A DNA stretch of 49,934 nucleotides from an uncultured Candidatus Bathyarchaeia archaeon (lineage in GTDB: Archaea > Thermoproteota > Bathyarchaeia > Bathyarchaeales > Bathycorpusculaceae): contig CAZRXM010000002.1 of assembly GCA_964604045.1 (NCBI GenBank), forward strand, positions 1 to 49,934. The letters run 5' to 3'. The stretch's first letter is position 1. The number at the start of each line of letters is the position of its first letter. The position numbers and the translations under genes were made by a program. Below, piece by piece: positions 27,819 to 37,834 of this stretch. Below the pieces are notes generated by a model. The model ran no database searches. It saw only the letters and a program-made list of their open reading frames with translations, and had not been told where the DNA came from.

Positions 27819-29276
27819 GTGATGGTGATGCTAGACGATAAGCGAGTTGAAGCCTTCTTCGAAAGGGTTTCTAAAGCAGCTGAGAAAATTCGTGAAGCCG
27901 TCGGAAGAAGCGACACGGTTCATGTTTTCTCACATTTAGACGCTGATGGAATAGCTGCTGCAGGCATTATTGGCAAGGCATTGTACAGGCTTGAGGCACG
28001 CTTCCGAATCAGAATCACCCAGTGGGTTGACGAAAGAATTGTGGACGAAATAGCCGGAGAAAAACCTAAAATGGTTATTTTTATAGACCTTGGAAACGAT
28101 TACGCAAACCTGTTGAAACAGAGAACCCCGGAAACCGAGGTTGCTGTACTAGATCATCACCAAATCATAGGTGAAAGCTTTGAGGATTTTTTATGGGTGA
28201 ACCCGCATGTTCACGGCATTGATGGAACAAGGGACGTGAGTAGTGCTGGAGTAGCCTATTTCGTGGCTAAGGCTGTTGACAAGGTAAACATGGATTTGGC
28301 GCCCATTGCTGTGGTGGGAGCGCTCGGAGACTTGCAGGATAAATACGACCAACGGGCGCTTGGCGGCTTAAACGAGTTAATAGTTGAAGAAGCGAAGACT
28401 CAAGGATTATTAAAGGTTGAAAAAGATTTGATGTTCTTTGGAAGGGAAACCCGTCCAATTCATAAGGCTTTAGCATCCACAACAAACCCTTTCATCCCTG
28501 GAATAAGCGGAGACGAGGGCGGAAGCTACGCCTTCCTAGAAAGCCTCGGAATAAAAACGAAGGTTGATGATAAATGGCGGGCTTTGAGGGATTTAAGCGA
28601 TGAAGAAAAAAGAAGGCTGTGCACAGCCCTAGCAGAGTATCTCCTCTCGAAAGGACTTCACTATGAAGTTTCAAATCTAGTTGGGCACGTTTACACTTTA
28701 ACACGGGAAGACGCGTGGACACCCCTCCGTGACGCTAGGGAATTCGCCGTATTGTTAAACGCGGCTGGGCGCATGGACAAGCCCGGAGTAGGCATCGCCG
28801 TATGTATGGGTGACAGGGGAGCCAACTTTGAGGAAGCCAACAAAATCCTCGAAGAGTATAGGCGAACAGTAAACAAATATCTTGAATGGATCGCAAAAGA
28901 GCCAGGGAGGATAAGAGAGTTGGAGAACATATACGTTGTGTACGGTGAAGACTACATAGACGACAAAATAGTCGGCACAATCTCCTCCATCCTATTAACA
29001 TCCCTGCCGAACCCGGAGAAGCCACTAATTGTTTACGCAGACGTGAAGGGAGAAGACATAGCCAAGGTATCCGCAAGGACTGTGGACGCTGTTACCTCTA
29101 AAGGAGTGAACCTCGGAGAAATAATGCAGACCGCCGCTGAAAAATGCCTCGGAAAGGGTGGAGGCCACGATGTAGCAGCTGGAGCTCAAGTTCCAATTGA
29201 AAACATGGAAATCTTCATAAAACTTGTTAACGAACTTGTGGGGAAGAAGTTGGCCGATGGAAAGCTTAGAGGCTGA
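27819..29276 (+). CDS. RecJ-like DHH/DHHA1 phosphoesterase (archaeal GAN / Cdc45-RecJ homolog)
   Basis: 485 aa; DHH motifs HLDADGIAA, DLG, LDHH, and C-terminal GGGHDVAAGA. Confidence 0.8.
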   Translation: MMVMLDDKRVEAFFERVSKAAEKIREAVGRSDTVHVFSHLDADGIAAAGIIGKALYRLEARFRIRITQWVDERIVDEIAGEKPKMVIFIDLGNDYANLLKQRTPETEVAVLDHHQIIGESFEDFLWVNPHVHGIDGTRDVSSAGVAYFVAKAVDKVNMDLAPIAVVGALGDLQDKYDQRALGGLNELIVEEAKTQGLLKVEKDLMFFGRETRPIHKALASTTNPFIPGISGDEGGSYAFLESLGIKTKVDDKWRALRDLSDEEKRRLCTALAEYLLSKGLHYEVSNLVGHVYTLTREDAWTPLRDAREFAVLLNAAGRMDKPGVGIAVCMGDRGANFEEANKILEEYRRTVNKYLEWIAKEPGRIRELENIYVVYGEDYIDDKIVGTISSILLTSLPNPEKPLIVYADVKGEDIAKVSARTVDAVTSKGVNLGEIMQTAAEKCLGKGGGHDVAAGAQVPIENMEIFIKLVNELVGKKLADGKLRG

Positions 29277-29514
29277 AATCACAATCTTCTACGAGGATGG
29301 GGAATTTGCAAGGGCTATTGCTGAAGCCGTCTCCCCAGACAACGTCAAAGTACCCCCGGGTCTTTACGTGAAAACCGAGAATAGGGGAAAAAGCATATGG
29401 GCATACGTTAAATGTAAAAGAGGGATCAAAACTTTTATTGCTACGGTTGATGATCTGCTTTCCGCAATATCAATGGCGGAGAAAACTCTAAAAGCCGCCC
29501 GGAAACTTGAATAG
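29257..29514 (+). CDS. pcc1: KEOPS subunit Pcc1-like
   Basis: 85 aa from ATG 29257 (overlaps the recJ-like stop by 20 nt); A.AI..A..PDN...P..L......G..L.....C....T...T.DDLL pattern typical of Pcc1/CTAG. Confidence 0.7.
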   Translation: MESLEAEITIFYEDGEFARAIAEAVSPDNVKVPPGLYVKTENRGKSIWAYVKCKRGIKTFIATVDDLLSAISMAEKTLKAARKLE

Positions 29515-29559
29515 GAACGTGTTTTATCTCTCTAAGAGGAAAAGGGTTGACAAAAGGAA

Positions 29560-30849
29560 ATGTTGGACATTAAACTTATTAGGGAAAAACCCGATTTCGT
29601 GAGGGAAAACCTAGCCAGGAGAGGAGACCCGGAATACCTTAGGATGTTGGACGAACTCATTGAATGCGATAGGCTTTGGCGCCAAAACTTGACAGGGCTT
29701 AATGAACTACGGCAGAAAAGGAACCAGATAACGGCTGAAATTGCATCGGCGAAGAAGAGGGGGGAAAACGTTGCGCCTCTCATTGCAGAAGCAAAGGCTG
29801 TCGATGAGGAAATAACCAGAATGGAGAAGCTTGTCGCTGACTTAGAGGGAAAAGTGCGAAACTATTTAATGCTTCTGCCAAATCTTCTACATGAATCTGT
29901 TCCAATAGGGAAGGATGAAAACGACAATGTTGTTGTTAAGATTTGGGGAGAACCTCCCAAATTCAGTTTTCCACCTAAAGACCACATCGAGCTTGGTTTA
30001 AGCCTAGACATAATGGACGTCGAAAGGGCTGGAAAAGTCTCTGGAGCCAGGTTTTTCTACCTGAAAAACGAGGGCGTTTTATTGGACATGGCTTTGATAA
30101 ACTTCGCCCTATGGGAACTTGTAAAGAGAGGGTTTAAGCCTGTTGAACCTCCTTTCCTCATGAGGCGCAAACCCTATGAGGGCGTCATAGCCCTCAGCGA
30201 CTTTGAAAACGACCTTTACAAAATCGAGGGCGAAGATCTTTACTTGATTGCAACGTCGGAGCACCCGATGGCGGCCATGTATATGAACGAAATTTTGAAG
30301 GCTGAGGATTTACCCATAAAGTTTGTGGGGATAAGCACAAACTTCAGAAAAGAGGCGGGAGCCCACGGCAAAGATACGAGGGGGATTTTTCGCACTCATC
30401 AGTTCAACAAGGTCGAACAGTTTGTTTTCTGCAAACCAGAAGACTCGTGGAGGATTCACGAGGAACTTTTAAGAAACGCCGAGGAGCTGGTGCAGAAGCT
30501 AGGCCTACCCTACCGCGTCGTGAACGTCTGCACGGGCGATATTGGAAAAGTTGCCGCCAAAAAATACGATATTGAAGCGTGGATGCCAGCCCAAAACGCT
30601 TATAGAGAAATAATCTCATGCAGCAATTGCACGGATTATCAGGCTAGAAGACTTAACATCCGCTATCGGGAAAAAGAGGGAGAGCCTCCGAAAGGCTTCG
30701 TGCACACCTTAAACTCCACAGCTTTAGCCACTGGAAGAACCATAGTGGCTATACTGGAAAACTACCAGCAGGAGGATGGTTCAGTGATAATCCCAGAGGT
30801 TTTGAGAAAGTACATGATGGGTATCGAGAAGATAACGCCGAAAAAGTAA
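29560..30849 (+). CDS. serS: Seryl-tRNA synthetase
   Basis: 429 aa; MLDIKLIRE N-terminal coiled-coil arm, class II motifs (GARFFYL, FRKEAGAHGKDTRGIFRTHQF.KVEQF, TLNSTA.A.GR). Confidence 0.95.
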   Translation: MLDIKLIREKPDFVRENLARRGDPEYLRMLDELIECDRLWRQNLTGLNELRQKRNQITAEIASAKKRGENVAPLIAEAKAVDEEITRMEKLVADLEGKVRNYLMLLPNLLHESVPIGKDENDNVVVKIWGEPPKFSFPPKDHIELGLSLDIMDVERAGKVSGARFFYLKNEGVLLDMALINFALWELVKRGFKPVEPPFLMRRKPYEGVIALSDFENDLYKIEGEDLYLIATSEHPMAAMYMNEILKAEDLPIKFVGISTNFRKEAGAHGKDTRGIFRTHQFNKVEQFVFCKPEDSWRIHEELLRNAEELVQKLGLPYRVVNVCTGDIGKVAAKKYDIEAWMPAQNAYREIISCSNCTDYQARRLNIRYREKEGEPPKGFVHTLNSTALATGRTIVAILENYQQEDGSVIIPEVLRKYMMGIEKITPKK

Positions 30850-30900
30850 AATTTAATACACCAGTGTGAGAATTTTCTCCGCTGTTAACGGAGGACCACC

Positions 30901-31533
30901 TTGTCCACAAAAAAGGTAAGGGATAAATGGCGTAGCAAAGTCTGGTACACTGTACTGGCGCCCCCGTACTTCGGAAACGTTGAAATAGGGTCTATACCAG
31001 CAGATGCGCCTGAAAAACTCGTCGGAAGAGTTCTTGAAGTAACCCTCTACGATATAACTGGAGACTTCTCCCACCAGTACTTGAAACTCTACTTCCAGAT
31101 AACGGGGGTTGATGGAAAAACAGCTGACACGATCTTCAAGGGACACGAGTACTCGAGGGACTACCTGCGAAGCCTTGTGCGTCGAAGGACAACAAAAGTT
31201 GACGGCATATTCAACATTACAACCAAAGATGGGTATAGGGTCCGAGTCGCCGTCTGCGCCTTTACATTAACAAGGATTAATACTTCGCAAGAGACGGCCA
31301 TACGCAAGATTATGGCGAAAATCGTTGAAGAAAAAAGTAAAACTCTAACTTTAGACCAGTTAGCTCAAGAAATGGTTCTCGGAAAAATAGCTTCAGACAT
31401 CTATAACGAGGCAAAGAAAATTGCTCCGCTTCGACATGTGGGCGTTAGAAAATCAAAACTCTTGACACCCATTGTTCAGCTACAGGTTCAAGCACAAGCG
31501 CAAGCACCAATGCCGCAAACTGAGCAAGGCTAG
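30901..31533 (+). CDS. rps3ae: 30S ribosomal protein eS1 (S3Ae), TTG start
   Basis: 210 aa; KK..DKWR.K.WY.V.AP..F, GR..EV.L.D.T.D; GGAGG 6 nt upstream of TTG 30901; C-terminal Q/A-rich tail. Confidence 0.9.
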   Translation: MSTKKVRDKWRSKVWYTVLAPPYFGNVEIGSIPADAPEKLVGRVLEVTLYDITGDFSHQYLKLYFQITGVDGKTADTIFKGHEYSRDYLRSLVRRRTTKVDGIFNITTKDGYRVRVAVCAFTLTRINTSQETAIRKIMAKIVEEKSKTLTLDQLAQEMVLGKIASDIYNEAKKIAPLRHVGVRKSKLLTPIVQLQVQAQAQAPMPQTEQG

Positions 31534-32075
31534 CTTTTCAACAAGTTTTTGCCATATTCATAACCCATTTCGAAGGCTTTTAGGTTTAATTCCTCTGCTT
31601 CTTTGGGAACATTTGCCCTTATGGAATTCTTAAAAGCCTCCTTGTCCACGATTCCAGTTATCGCCGCAAACGCTCCAAGCATAACCACGTTTGCAACAAT
31701 TTTCCTTCCAAGAGCCTCAGCCATCCTCGTTGCTGGAACTCTGAAAACCTTCACGCCTTCAATTTTCCGCTCGTTGGGAATCATATCTGGGTCGAGGATT
31801 ATCATTCCTCCCTTCTTCACCGTTTCCGCATACTCGTTATATGCATGCTGCGACATCAAAACCAAAATATCCGGTTCCGTAACCTTTGGAAAATCTATTT
31901 CCTCATCCGAAATTATAACCTCCGACCTGCAAGCTCCCCCTCGGGATTCCGGTCCATAGGATTGGGTTTGCACAGCGTTTTTCCCACCGTAGAGGCATGC
32001 CGCTGCGGCTGTCAAAATCCCGGACTTTATTATTCCCTGCCCGCCGAAGCCTGCGAACCTTATCTCTATACGCAT
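31530..32075 (-). CDS. 2-oxoacid:ferredoxin oxidoreductase, gamma subunit
   Basis: 181 aa; RF.G.GGQG....G..LA.AA...G......QSYGPE.RGG motif. Confidence 0.88.
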   Translation of the reverse strand: MRIEIRFAGFGGQGIIKSGILTAAAACLYGGKNAVQTQSYGPESRGGACRSEVIISDEEIDFPKVTEPDILVLMSQHAYNEYAETVKKGGMIILDPDMIPNERKIEGVKVFRVPATRMAEALGRKIVANVVMLGAFAAITGIVDKEAFKNSIRANVPKEAEELNLKAFEMGYEYGKNLLKS

Positions 32076-32079
32076 CTTA

Positions 32080-32916
32080 TCACGGTGCCCCCTTCATAAT
32101 TTGGACTAGTTTGGCATGTAACCTCTCTTCATACGTGGGCTTTTCCACGTCCACGAACTCTCCAACAACAATTCTTTCGGGCGATATTTCCGCCTTCGCG
32201 GGGTCTGAAAAATTCGCTATTACTGAGGCTTTCCTAAACCACTCCATCATTTCAAGCCCCGTTCGCATATTGTTGCGGCGTCCATAAATTTCTGGACACT
32301 GCGACACAACTTCTACAAAAGAGAAGCCTTTCCGCTGAAGCATCTTCTTTATCGATGTTGTCAACATGTGCACATGGAAAGTTGTCCAACGTGCCACGTA
32401 GGTTGCCCCAGAGGCTGCTGCAAGATGAACGAGGTTAAATGGGTGTTCAATGTTGCCATATGGTGTTGTGGTTGTTAGGGCTTCTAGCGGTGTTGTAGGT
32501 CCCACTTGCCCACCAGTCATTCCATAGTTGAAGTTGTTGGCGCAAATCACTTTTATGCCAACATTCCTCCTCGCGGCATGAATAAAATGGTTTCCACCTA
32601 TAGCAAATAGGTCGCCGTCGCCGCTTATTACAACCACTTCCAGCTCCGGTTTGGCGAGTTTAACGCCTGTGGCAAAGGCTATGGAACGGCCATGGGTCGT
32701 GTGGAAAGAATCCACGTTAATATATCCGGCGGATCGCCCTATGCAGCCGATCCCGGACACAACAACAAGCTTGTCTAGGTTTATTTGCAGCTCGTCTAAG
32801 GCGCGCACAAAAGCGTTTAGAATTATTCCGTTGCCGCAGCCCGGACACCAAATGTGGGGGATCATCGCTGTCCTCAAATACTTCGCAAAGGGATGTTCAA
32901 CAACTCCACCCATCAA
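32080..32916 (-). CDS. 2-oxoacid:ferredoxin oxidoreductase, beta (TPP-binding) subunit
   Basis: 278 aa; WCPGCGNG, SGIGC, GDGD..AIGGNH motifs. Confidence 0.9.
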   Translation of the reverse strand: MMGGVVEHPFAKYLRTAMIPHIWCPGCGNGIILNAFVRALDELQINLDKLVVVSGIGCIGRSAGYINVDSFHTTHGRSIAFATGVKLAKPELEVVVISGDGDLFAIGGNHFIHAARRNVGIKVICANNFNYGMTGGQVGPTTPLEALTTTTPYGNIEHPFNLVHLAAASGATYVARWTTFHVHMLTTSIKKMLQRKGFSFVEVVSQCPEIYGRRNNMRTGLEMMEWFRKASVIANFSDPAKAEISPERIVVGEFVDVEKPTYEERLHAKLVQIMKGAP

Positions 32917-34055
32917 CCATACCTCCTTATAGCTTGAAGGATTTCGAGGGGGGTGTGCGGCTCCTCTCCAAGCTTCGAAAGATGGTACACTGGTGTCGTT
33001 TTAGCAGCCCTCTCGACCTCCCGCACCATCTGTCCACAGTTCATTTCCGGAACAATTACTGCCCCAGCTTTCTCAGCAGCCTTAGCCACATGTCTCTCAG
33101 GGAATGGCCAAAGGGTTATCAGCCGAAGAAGACCGGCTTTTATGCCTTGTTCCCTAGCCTTTCTCACAGCGCTTAAAGCCGCTCTGGCGACTATTCCATA
33201 GGCAACTACCACAACTTCCGCATCGTCGAGCATTTCCCCCTCAACACGGGTTATTTTGTCCGCGTTTTTCCTTATTTTGTCGCACAACCTCTGAACAAGC
33301 CTCATCTGAACGTCAGAGTCCTGCGTTCTAGGGTAGCCATACTCGTCGTGGGTTAAACCCGTGGCGTGGAAACGGTACCCTTCGCCGAAACAAGCCATGG
33401 GTGGGACCAAGTCCTCATCTGGCATGAAAGGCATGTATTTGCCGGGCGGGTTTTTTGGCTTCTTACGGTTTACAACTTTCACCTCTTCAGCTGGTGGTAT
33501 AACCACCTTCTCCCACATGTGAGCTACAACTTCGTCAGCCATTAAAAGCGTTGGAACACGGTAAGTTTCAGCCAAGTTGAAAGCCTCAACCGTCAAATCG
33601 AACATTTCTTGAACCGAAGATGGCGATAAAGCTATAATTTCATAGTCCCCGTGGGAACCCCATTTGGCTTGCATAACATCCTGTTGTCCCGGAAGAGTCG
33701 GCTGACCAGTGCTGGGCCCTCCCCGCATAACATCAACAATAACACACGGAGCCTCCGTCATAACAGCCAACCCTATGTTTTCCTGCATCAAACTGAAACC
33801 CGGACCAGACGTCGCCGTCATAGCTTTCAAGCCGGCATAGGAGGCACCTATAACAGCCGCAATGGAGGCTATTTCATCCTCCATTTGGATGTATATCCCA
33901 CCAACCTCAGGCATTCTAGCAGCCATGTGTTCTGCTATCTCTGTTGCCGGTGTTATAGGGTAACCAGCGAAGAAGCGGCAGCCAGCGGCTATTGCGCCCT
34001 CTGCGCATGCGATGTCGCCGCTCATGAAGTGAACGCCGGTTAAGACCTTTTCCAT
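32913..34055 (-). CDS. 2-oxoacid:ferredoxin oxidoreductase, alpha subunit
   Basis: From ATG 34055 (1 nt after the delta stop TGA); GD.A.AEGAI.AGCRFF.GYPITP.TEI, ATSGPG.SLM.E motifs. Confidence 0.9.
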   Translation of the reverse strand: MEKVLTGVHFMSGDIACAEGAIAAGCRFFAGYPITPATEIAEHMAARMPEVGGIYIQMEDEIASIAAVIGASYAGLKAMTATSGPGFSLMQENIGLAVMTEAPCVIVDVMRGGPSTGQPTLPGQQDVMQAKWGSHGDYEIIALSPSSVQEMFDLTVEAFNLAETYRVPTLLMADEVVAHMWEKVVIPPAEEVKVVNRKKPKNPPGKYMPFMPDEDLVPPMACFGEGYRFHATGLTHDEYGYPRTQDSDVQMRLVQRLCDKIRKNADKITRVEGEMLDDAEVVVVAYGIVARAALSAVRKAREQGIKAGLLRLITLWPFPERHVAKAAEKAGAVIVPEMNCGQMVREVERAAKTTPVYHLSKLGEEPHTPLEILQAIRRYG

Positions 34056-34056
34056 G

Positions 34057-34329
34057 TCAACACCCGCCCATGCATCGTTTTTCTCGCACGTAGATGGCAA
34101 AGTCTGGGCAAATTGCCATGCAGAGACCGCACAGTATACACGCCTCTTCGTTTACAACCATTGGAGGATGCACACCTCTAGCGTTTATTTCGTTGGATTC
34201 TGCTAAAACCCTCTTTGGGCAGTAGTGTATACAGAAGCCGCAACCCTTACAGTGATCCCTTATTATGTGAATCTCAGCTTTAGGTTTAGCCTTCTCAACA
34301 TTTGTCGATGTCTCCCCAATTGCTGACAT
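34057..34329 (-). CDS. 2-oxoacid:ferredoxin oxidoreductase, delta subunit (2x[4Fe-4S] ferredoxin)
   Basis: 90 aa; CKGCGFCIHYCP and CILCGLCMAICP cluster motifs. Delta-alpha-beta-gamma order resembles kor/vor-type rather than porGDAB-type clusters. Substrate not inferable. Confidence 0.88.
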   Translation of the reverse strand: MSAIGETSTNVEKAKPKAEIHIIRDHCKGCGFCIHYCPKRVLAESNEINARGVHPPMVVNEEACILCGLCMAICPDFAIYVREKRCMGGC

Positions 34330-34506
34330 TCAAACCACAACCCTTAAGAATCCACGGTGCGTTTCATCCGCGGCATTCGTGTATCCTTATTATTGGTTGC
34401 CCCTCATTATTAAAATTTACAAACGTAAAGAAATTTGAAGGAAGCCTCAACACCCTTTGCTTTATAAGCCCAAAAACCTCATTAAATGCGGATATGGTGG
34501 AACCGA

Positions 34507-35538
34507 ATGGAGACTGTAAAAGCCGTCCTATATGGGGTCGGGGCTGTTGGAAGCTTAATCGCTAGGACTTTGCTAGAGAAGAAAGGTTTGGAAATCGTTG
34601 GAGCCGTCGACATTGCAGAGGATAAAGTTGGCAAGGATTTGGGCGAATTGTTGGGCTTAGGTGAAAAACTCGGTGCAAAGGTTTACAAAAACGCCGAGGA
34701 ACTTTTTCTGAACGTGAGAGCCGACATAGCGATCCACGCCACATCATCATTTCTAAAGCAAGTCTACCCCCAAATAGCTTCTCTAATAAAACACGGGGTA
34801 GACGTGATATCCACGTGTGAAGAACTAGCATACCCTCACTACTCAGACCCAAAAATAGCCGAAGAAATTAACATGTTGGCCAAAAAACACGACGTGACTG
34901 TTTTAGGGACTGGAATAAACCCAGGCTTCCTCATGGACACTTTGGTAATAACGTTGACCGCCGTGTGCCAGGAAATAGAGAAAATAGAAGCCGTCAGAGT
35001 CGTGAACGCGGCTACAAGACGGTTGCCTTTTCAAAGAAAAATAGGCGCTGGACTAACAGTTGAAGAGTTTAGGCGGAAGATTGAGAATGGACAGATCACC
35101 GGGCATGTGGGTCTTGAGCAATCCATCGCCATGATCGCAGACGCCCTAGCATGGAGGCTGGAAAAGATAAGATCTGAACCAGTTGAACCGGTGATCGCAA
35201 AGAACACTGTAGAAAGCGGTTTCATCAAAATTGAAGCTGGAAAAGTGGCGGGTTTAAAGCAGACTGCAAGGGGCTTCATGAAAGGCAGAGAAGTTATAGT
35301 TTTAAAGTTCCAAGCCTACGTTGGTACCGAAGAAGAATACGATGCCATAACAATAATGGGTGTGCCTACAGTTAAACAGAAGATACAGCCATGCATTCAC
35401 GGAGACATAGGCACAGCCGCAATAGTAGTGAACGCTATTCCAAAAGTGCTTAAAGCTCCATCAGGACTAATTACCATGAAGGACCTACCAGTTCCATCAG
35501 CTGTGCTGGAAGATCTAAGAGAATACCTAAAAAGTTAA
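34507..35538 (+). CDS. NAD(P)H-dependent amine dehydrogenase / 2,4-diaminopentanoate dehydrogenase-like (DapB N-terminal fold)
   Basis: 343 aa from ATG 34507; GVGAVG Rossmann start, GTGINPGF block and GHVGL motif typical of this family. Confidence 0.65.
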   Translation: METVKAVLYGVGAVGSLIARTLLEKKGLEIVGAVDIAEDKVGKDLGELLGLGEKLGAKVYKNAEELFLNVRADIAIHATSSFLKQVYPQIASLIKHGVDVISTCEELAYPHYSDPKIAEEINMLAKKHDVTVLGTGINPGFLMDTLVITLTAVCQEIEKIEAVRVVNAATRRLPFQRKIGAGLTVEEFRRKIENGQITGHVGLEQSIAMIADALAWRLEKIRSEPVEPVIAKNTVESGFIKIEAGKVAGLKQTARGFMKGREVIVLKFQAYVGTEEEYDAITIMGVPTVKQKIQPCIHGDIGTAAIVVNAIPKVLKAPSGLITMKDLPVPSAVLEDLREYLKS

Positions 35539-35562
35539 CCGCCATGGAAAGGGGACTAAACT

Positions 35563-36271
35563 GTGAAAAATCAAGTTGACATAAATTATGATAGGTGAGA
35601 GCTAGGGAATTTAAGGTGGAAGACGACGCTAGGATAATGCCGCACATAACCTCGGCAAACATCGCCTGCGGCTTCCACGCTGGAGATCCTTAACAATTGC
35701 GCGGACAGTGGCTCTTGCGAAAAAGCATGGGGGTGACTGTGGGCCTATCCTGCTCATCCTGACGTCATGGGGTTTGGACGAAGAACTATGCAACTCACCT
35801 ACGAAGAGGCAAAAAACTACATTATTTATCAAGTTAGCGCTTCAGGGCTTTGCGAAAGCTTTCGGTGTCTCTCTTCGGCATGTTAAGCCCCATGGCGCCA
35901 TGTACAACAATGCCCTAAAAAACAGAGAACTTGCCGGCGCTCTAACCGAAGCCGGATAAGCGCTGGACACCAACCTAATAGTTTTCGCACCGCCAAAGAC
36001 GTTGGGCTCCGTTCGCCTATGAATTCTTCGCTGACAGGGCGTATAACCCAGACGGAAGCTTAGTTTCCCGTAAAGCAGCGGGAGCCGTCATTGAAGAGTC
36101 TGAGAAAGTTTTTGAAAGAACCGTGAAAGCCGTGAAGAAAGGCGTTGTAGAAGCTGTTGATGGAAGTCAGTGGAGCTTGGCATTGTGCACACCGCCTGCA
36201 TTCACGGTGACACTCCAACAGCCTCAAAACTTGCTAAAGCCTTAGGAAGAGGTCTTGAAAAAGGCGCATGA
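35563..36271 (+). pseudogene. pxpA: 5-oxoprolinase subunit A (LamB/YcsF, PxpA) pseudogene with many frameshifts
   Basis: Family blocks are all present but spread over three frames with stops between them: [90 protein letters not shown] 35708-35959 is one fragment. Confidence 0.85.
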
Positions 36272-36375
36272 ACGGCTTTTGGAATACCGCAAAAAGCTTT
36301 CAAACTTAACTCAAAATTTGGTTAGGGTGGGTTAAAACTTTAAAACAGCCATAACACTCTTGTACGGGGGAAACC

Positions 36376-36825
36376 ATGCAAAAATATGTTCACAAAAAGG
36401 GCACAGTGTCCCTTGAAAGGTTGATTGCCGAAGTTAAAAGCTTGCCTGACTTCTATAAGGCTGGAGCCGTAGCAATCTTCATAGGAGTCGTCCGAGGAGA
36501 AAACTTTCAAGGAGAGAGAGTTCAAAAGTTGGAGGTTGAGGCTTACGAGGAAAAAGCCAACGAGGTTTTGTTAGAAATATGCCGAGAATTAAAAGCAAGA
36601 AAGGGTGTAGTGGACGTCCAAATCCATCATTTCTCCGGAGAGTTTAACGTCGGCGAAGACCTGGTATATGTTATAGTTGCGGGAGCCCACAGAGAGAATG
36701 TTTTCCCAGTTTTGAAGGAGGCTGTGGAAAGATACAAGAGGGAGGCCCCAATATTCAAGAAGGAGCATGTTATCACTAAAAGTGGAGAAACAAAGGCCTA
36801 CTGGGTTGCCGAGAAGGAAATTTAA
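36376..36825 (+). CDS. moaE: Molybdopterin synthase catalytic subunit MoaE
   Basis: 149 aa; FIGVVRG, L.VEAYEE.A, IHH..GE...GE..V.V.V...HR...F......V...K.EAPIFKKE. Confidence 0.85.
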   Translation: MQKYVHKKGTVSLERLIAEVKSLPDFYKAGAVAIFIGVVRGENFQGERVQKLEVEAYEEKANEVLLEICRELKARKGVVDVQIHHFSGEFNVGEDLVYVIVAGAHRENVFPVLKEAVERYKREAPIFKKEHVITKSGETKAYWVAEKEI

Positions 36826-36870
36826 ATCTTGAAAAGCGTTATTAAGTGATCCACAAACTATGTAAGTGGG

Positions 36871-37545
36871 GTGGAGTTGGAAAGCAAAAGCTACTTGTGG
36901 TTTGAGAGACGGCGCAGGGCGAAAGCTTTAGACTTAGCGCAGGAACAGATAACAAAAGCTCTTGACACAGTAACCCTTCTCAACCAAGCTACGCAGAAGA
37001 TGACTGAAAACAATAAAAAGGAAGCTATGCAGTACATAGATAATATTTTCAAGGTTGAAAAGGAGGTTGACAGGCTCCGAACGGAAGTTTTCAAGGAGCT
37101 TTCAAAGGGCGTTGCCCTTTTTGCCGAGTACCGCGAAGACCTAATGCACCTTGTCAAACGTTTAGACACACTTGCAGACCACGTTAAAGACGCTGCGAGA
37201 TGCATCAAAATGCTTGGGGAAACTAAAATACCGAAGGAACTGTGGGAGAAAGCCGCCCGCATCACGGCTTATCTTCTAGACTGCGCCCATGCTTTAAGGG
37301 GGAGCATTGAGAAAATTGGGGCTGACCCAGCGGCTGCAATTGATGGGGCTAAAAAAGTTGAAGAGATTGAGAGGAAAATTGATGACGAATACTTAGAGGC
37401 AAAAAGGTTGTTCATTAAGTACGCGGAGGAAATGAACGTTGGCTCCGTTGTAATATTCGACGACTTGATAGAGTTCATAGAACACGCCGCAGACATGTGC
37501 GCCGACACCGCTGACTACATCGTGATTCTAGCAAGCAGAGAGTAA
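36871..37545 (+). CDS. DUF47 / TIGR00153 family protein (PhoU-like)
   Basis: 224 aa, GTG start; helical repeat pattern with E.E.D.LR and D..E...D...D motifs as in PhoU-like Pit accessory proteins. Confidence 0.6.
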   Translation: MELESKSYLWFERRRRAKALDLAQEQITKALDTVTLLNQATQKMTENNKKEAMQYIDNIFKVEKEVDRLRTEVFKELSKGVALFAEYREDLMHLVKRLDTLADHVKDAARCIKMLGETKIPKELWEKAARITAYLLDCAHALRGSIEKIGADPAAAIDGAKKVEEIERKIDDEYLEAKRLFIKYAEEMNVGSVVIFDDLIEFIEHAADMCADTADYIVILASRE

Positions 37546-37561
37546 CTTTCCTCTTTCCGTC

Positions 37562-37834
37562 TTAATCCGATTTTGACACCGTTTTTCCAAGGATAAACGT
37601 TAAAACAAATACTAGAAAAGCCCCAAACACGCCGGCAAAAAGTGTTGACAAGTATAGATTTCCAACAGCTGGTATGGTGTAGTCGGGCATTAATCCCTCC
37701 CATACGGGCGGAGTTTTCTCCACGCCGAGAGTTTCAGCCACTGTTTCTAAGCCGTCTGGGTAGGAAGAGGCAAAGGGCAAAAGGATAGCTAATCCTACAA
37801 GCAGGAGGGCGAAGGCCTTCAAGTGGTTTTTCAA
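37562..37834 (-). CDS. PDGLE-domain membrane protein (CbiN/NikN-like accessory component), TTG start
   Basis: 90 aa; N- and C-terminal TM segments and literal SYPDGLE motif; start TTG overlaps cbiM stop (TTGA). Confidence 0.75.
   Translation of the reverse strand: MKNHLKAFALLLVGLAILLPFASSYPDGLETVAETLGVEKTPPVWEGLMPDYTIPAVGNLYLSTLFAGVFGAFLVFVLTFILGKTVSKSD

Noticed and set aside
35708-35959. 83-aa ORF that could be called a stand-alone gene.
   Set aside because: It is a fragment of the frameshifted pxpA/LamB pseudogene. Only its C-terminal half ([14 protein letters not shown]) is in the authentic frame.
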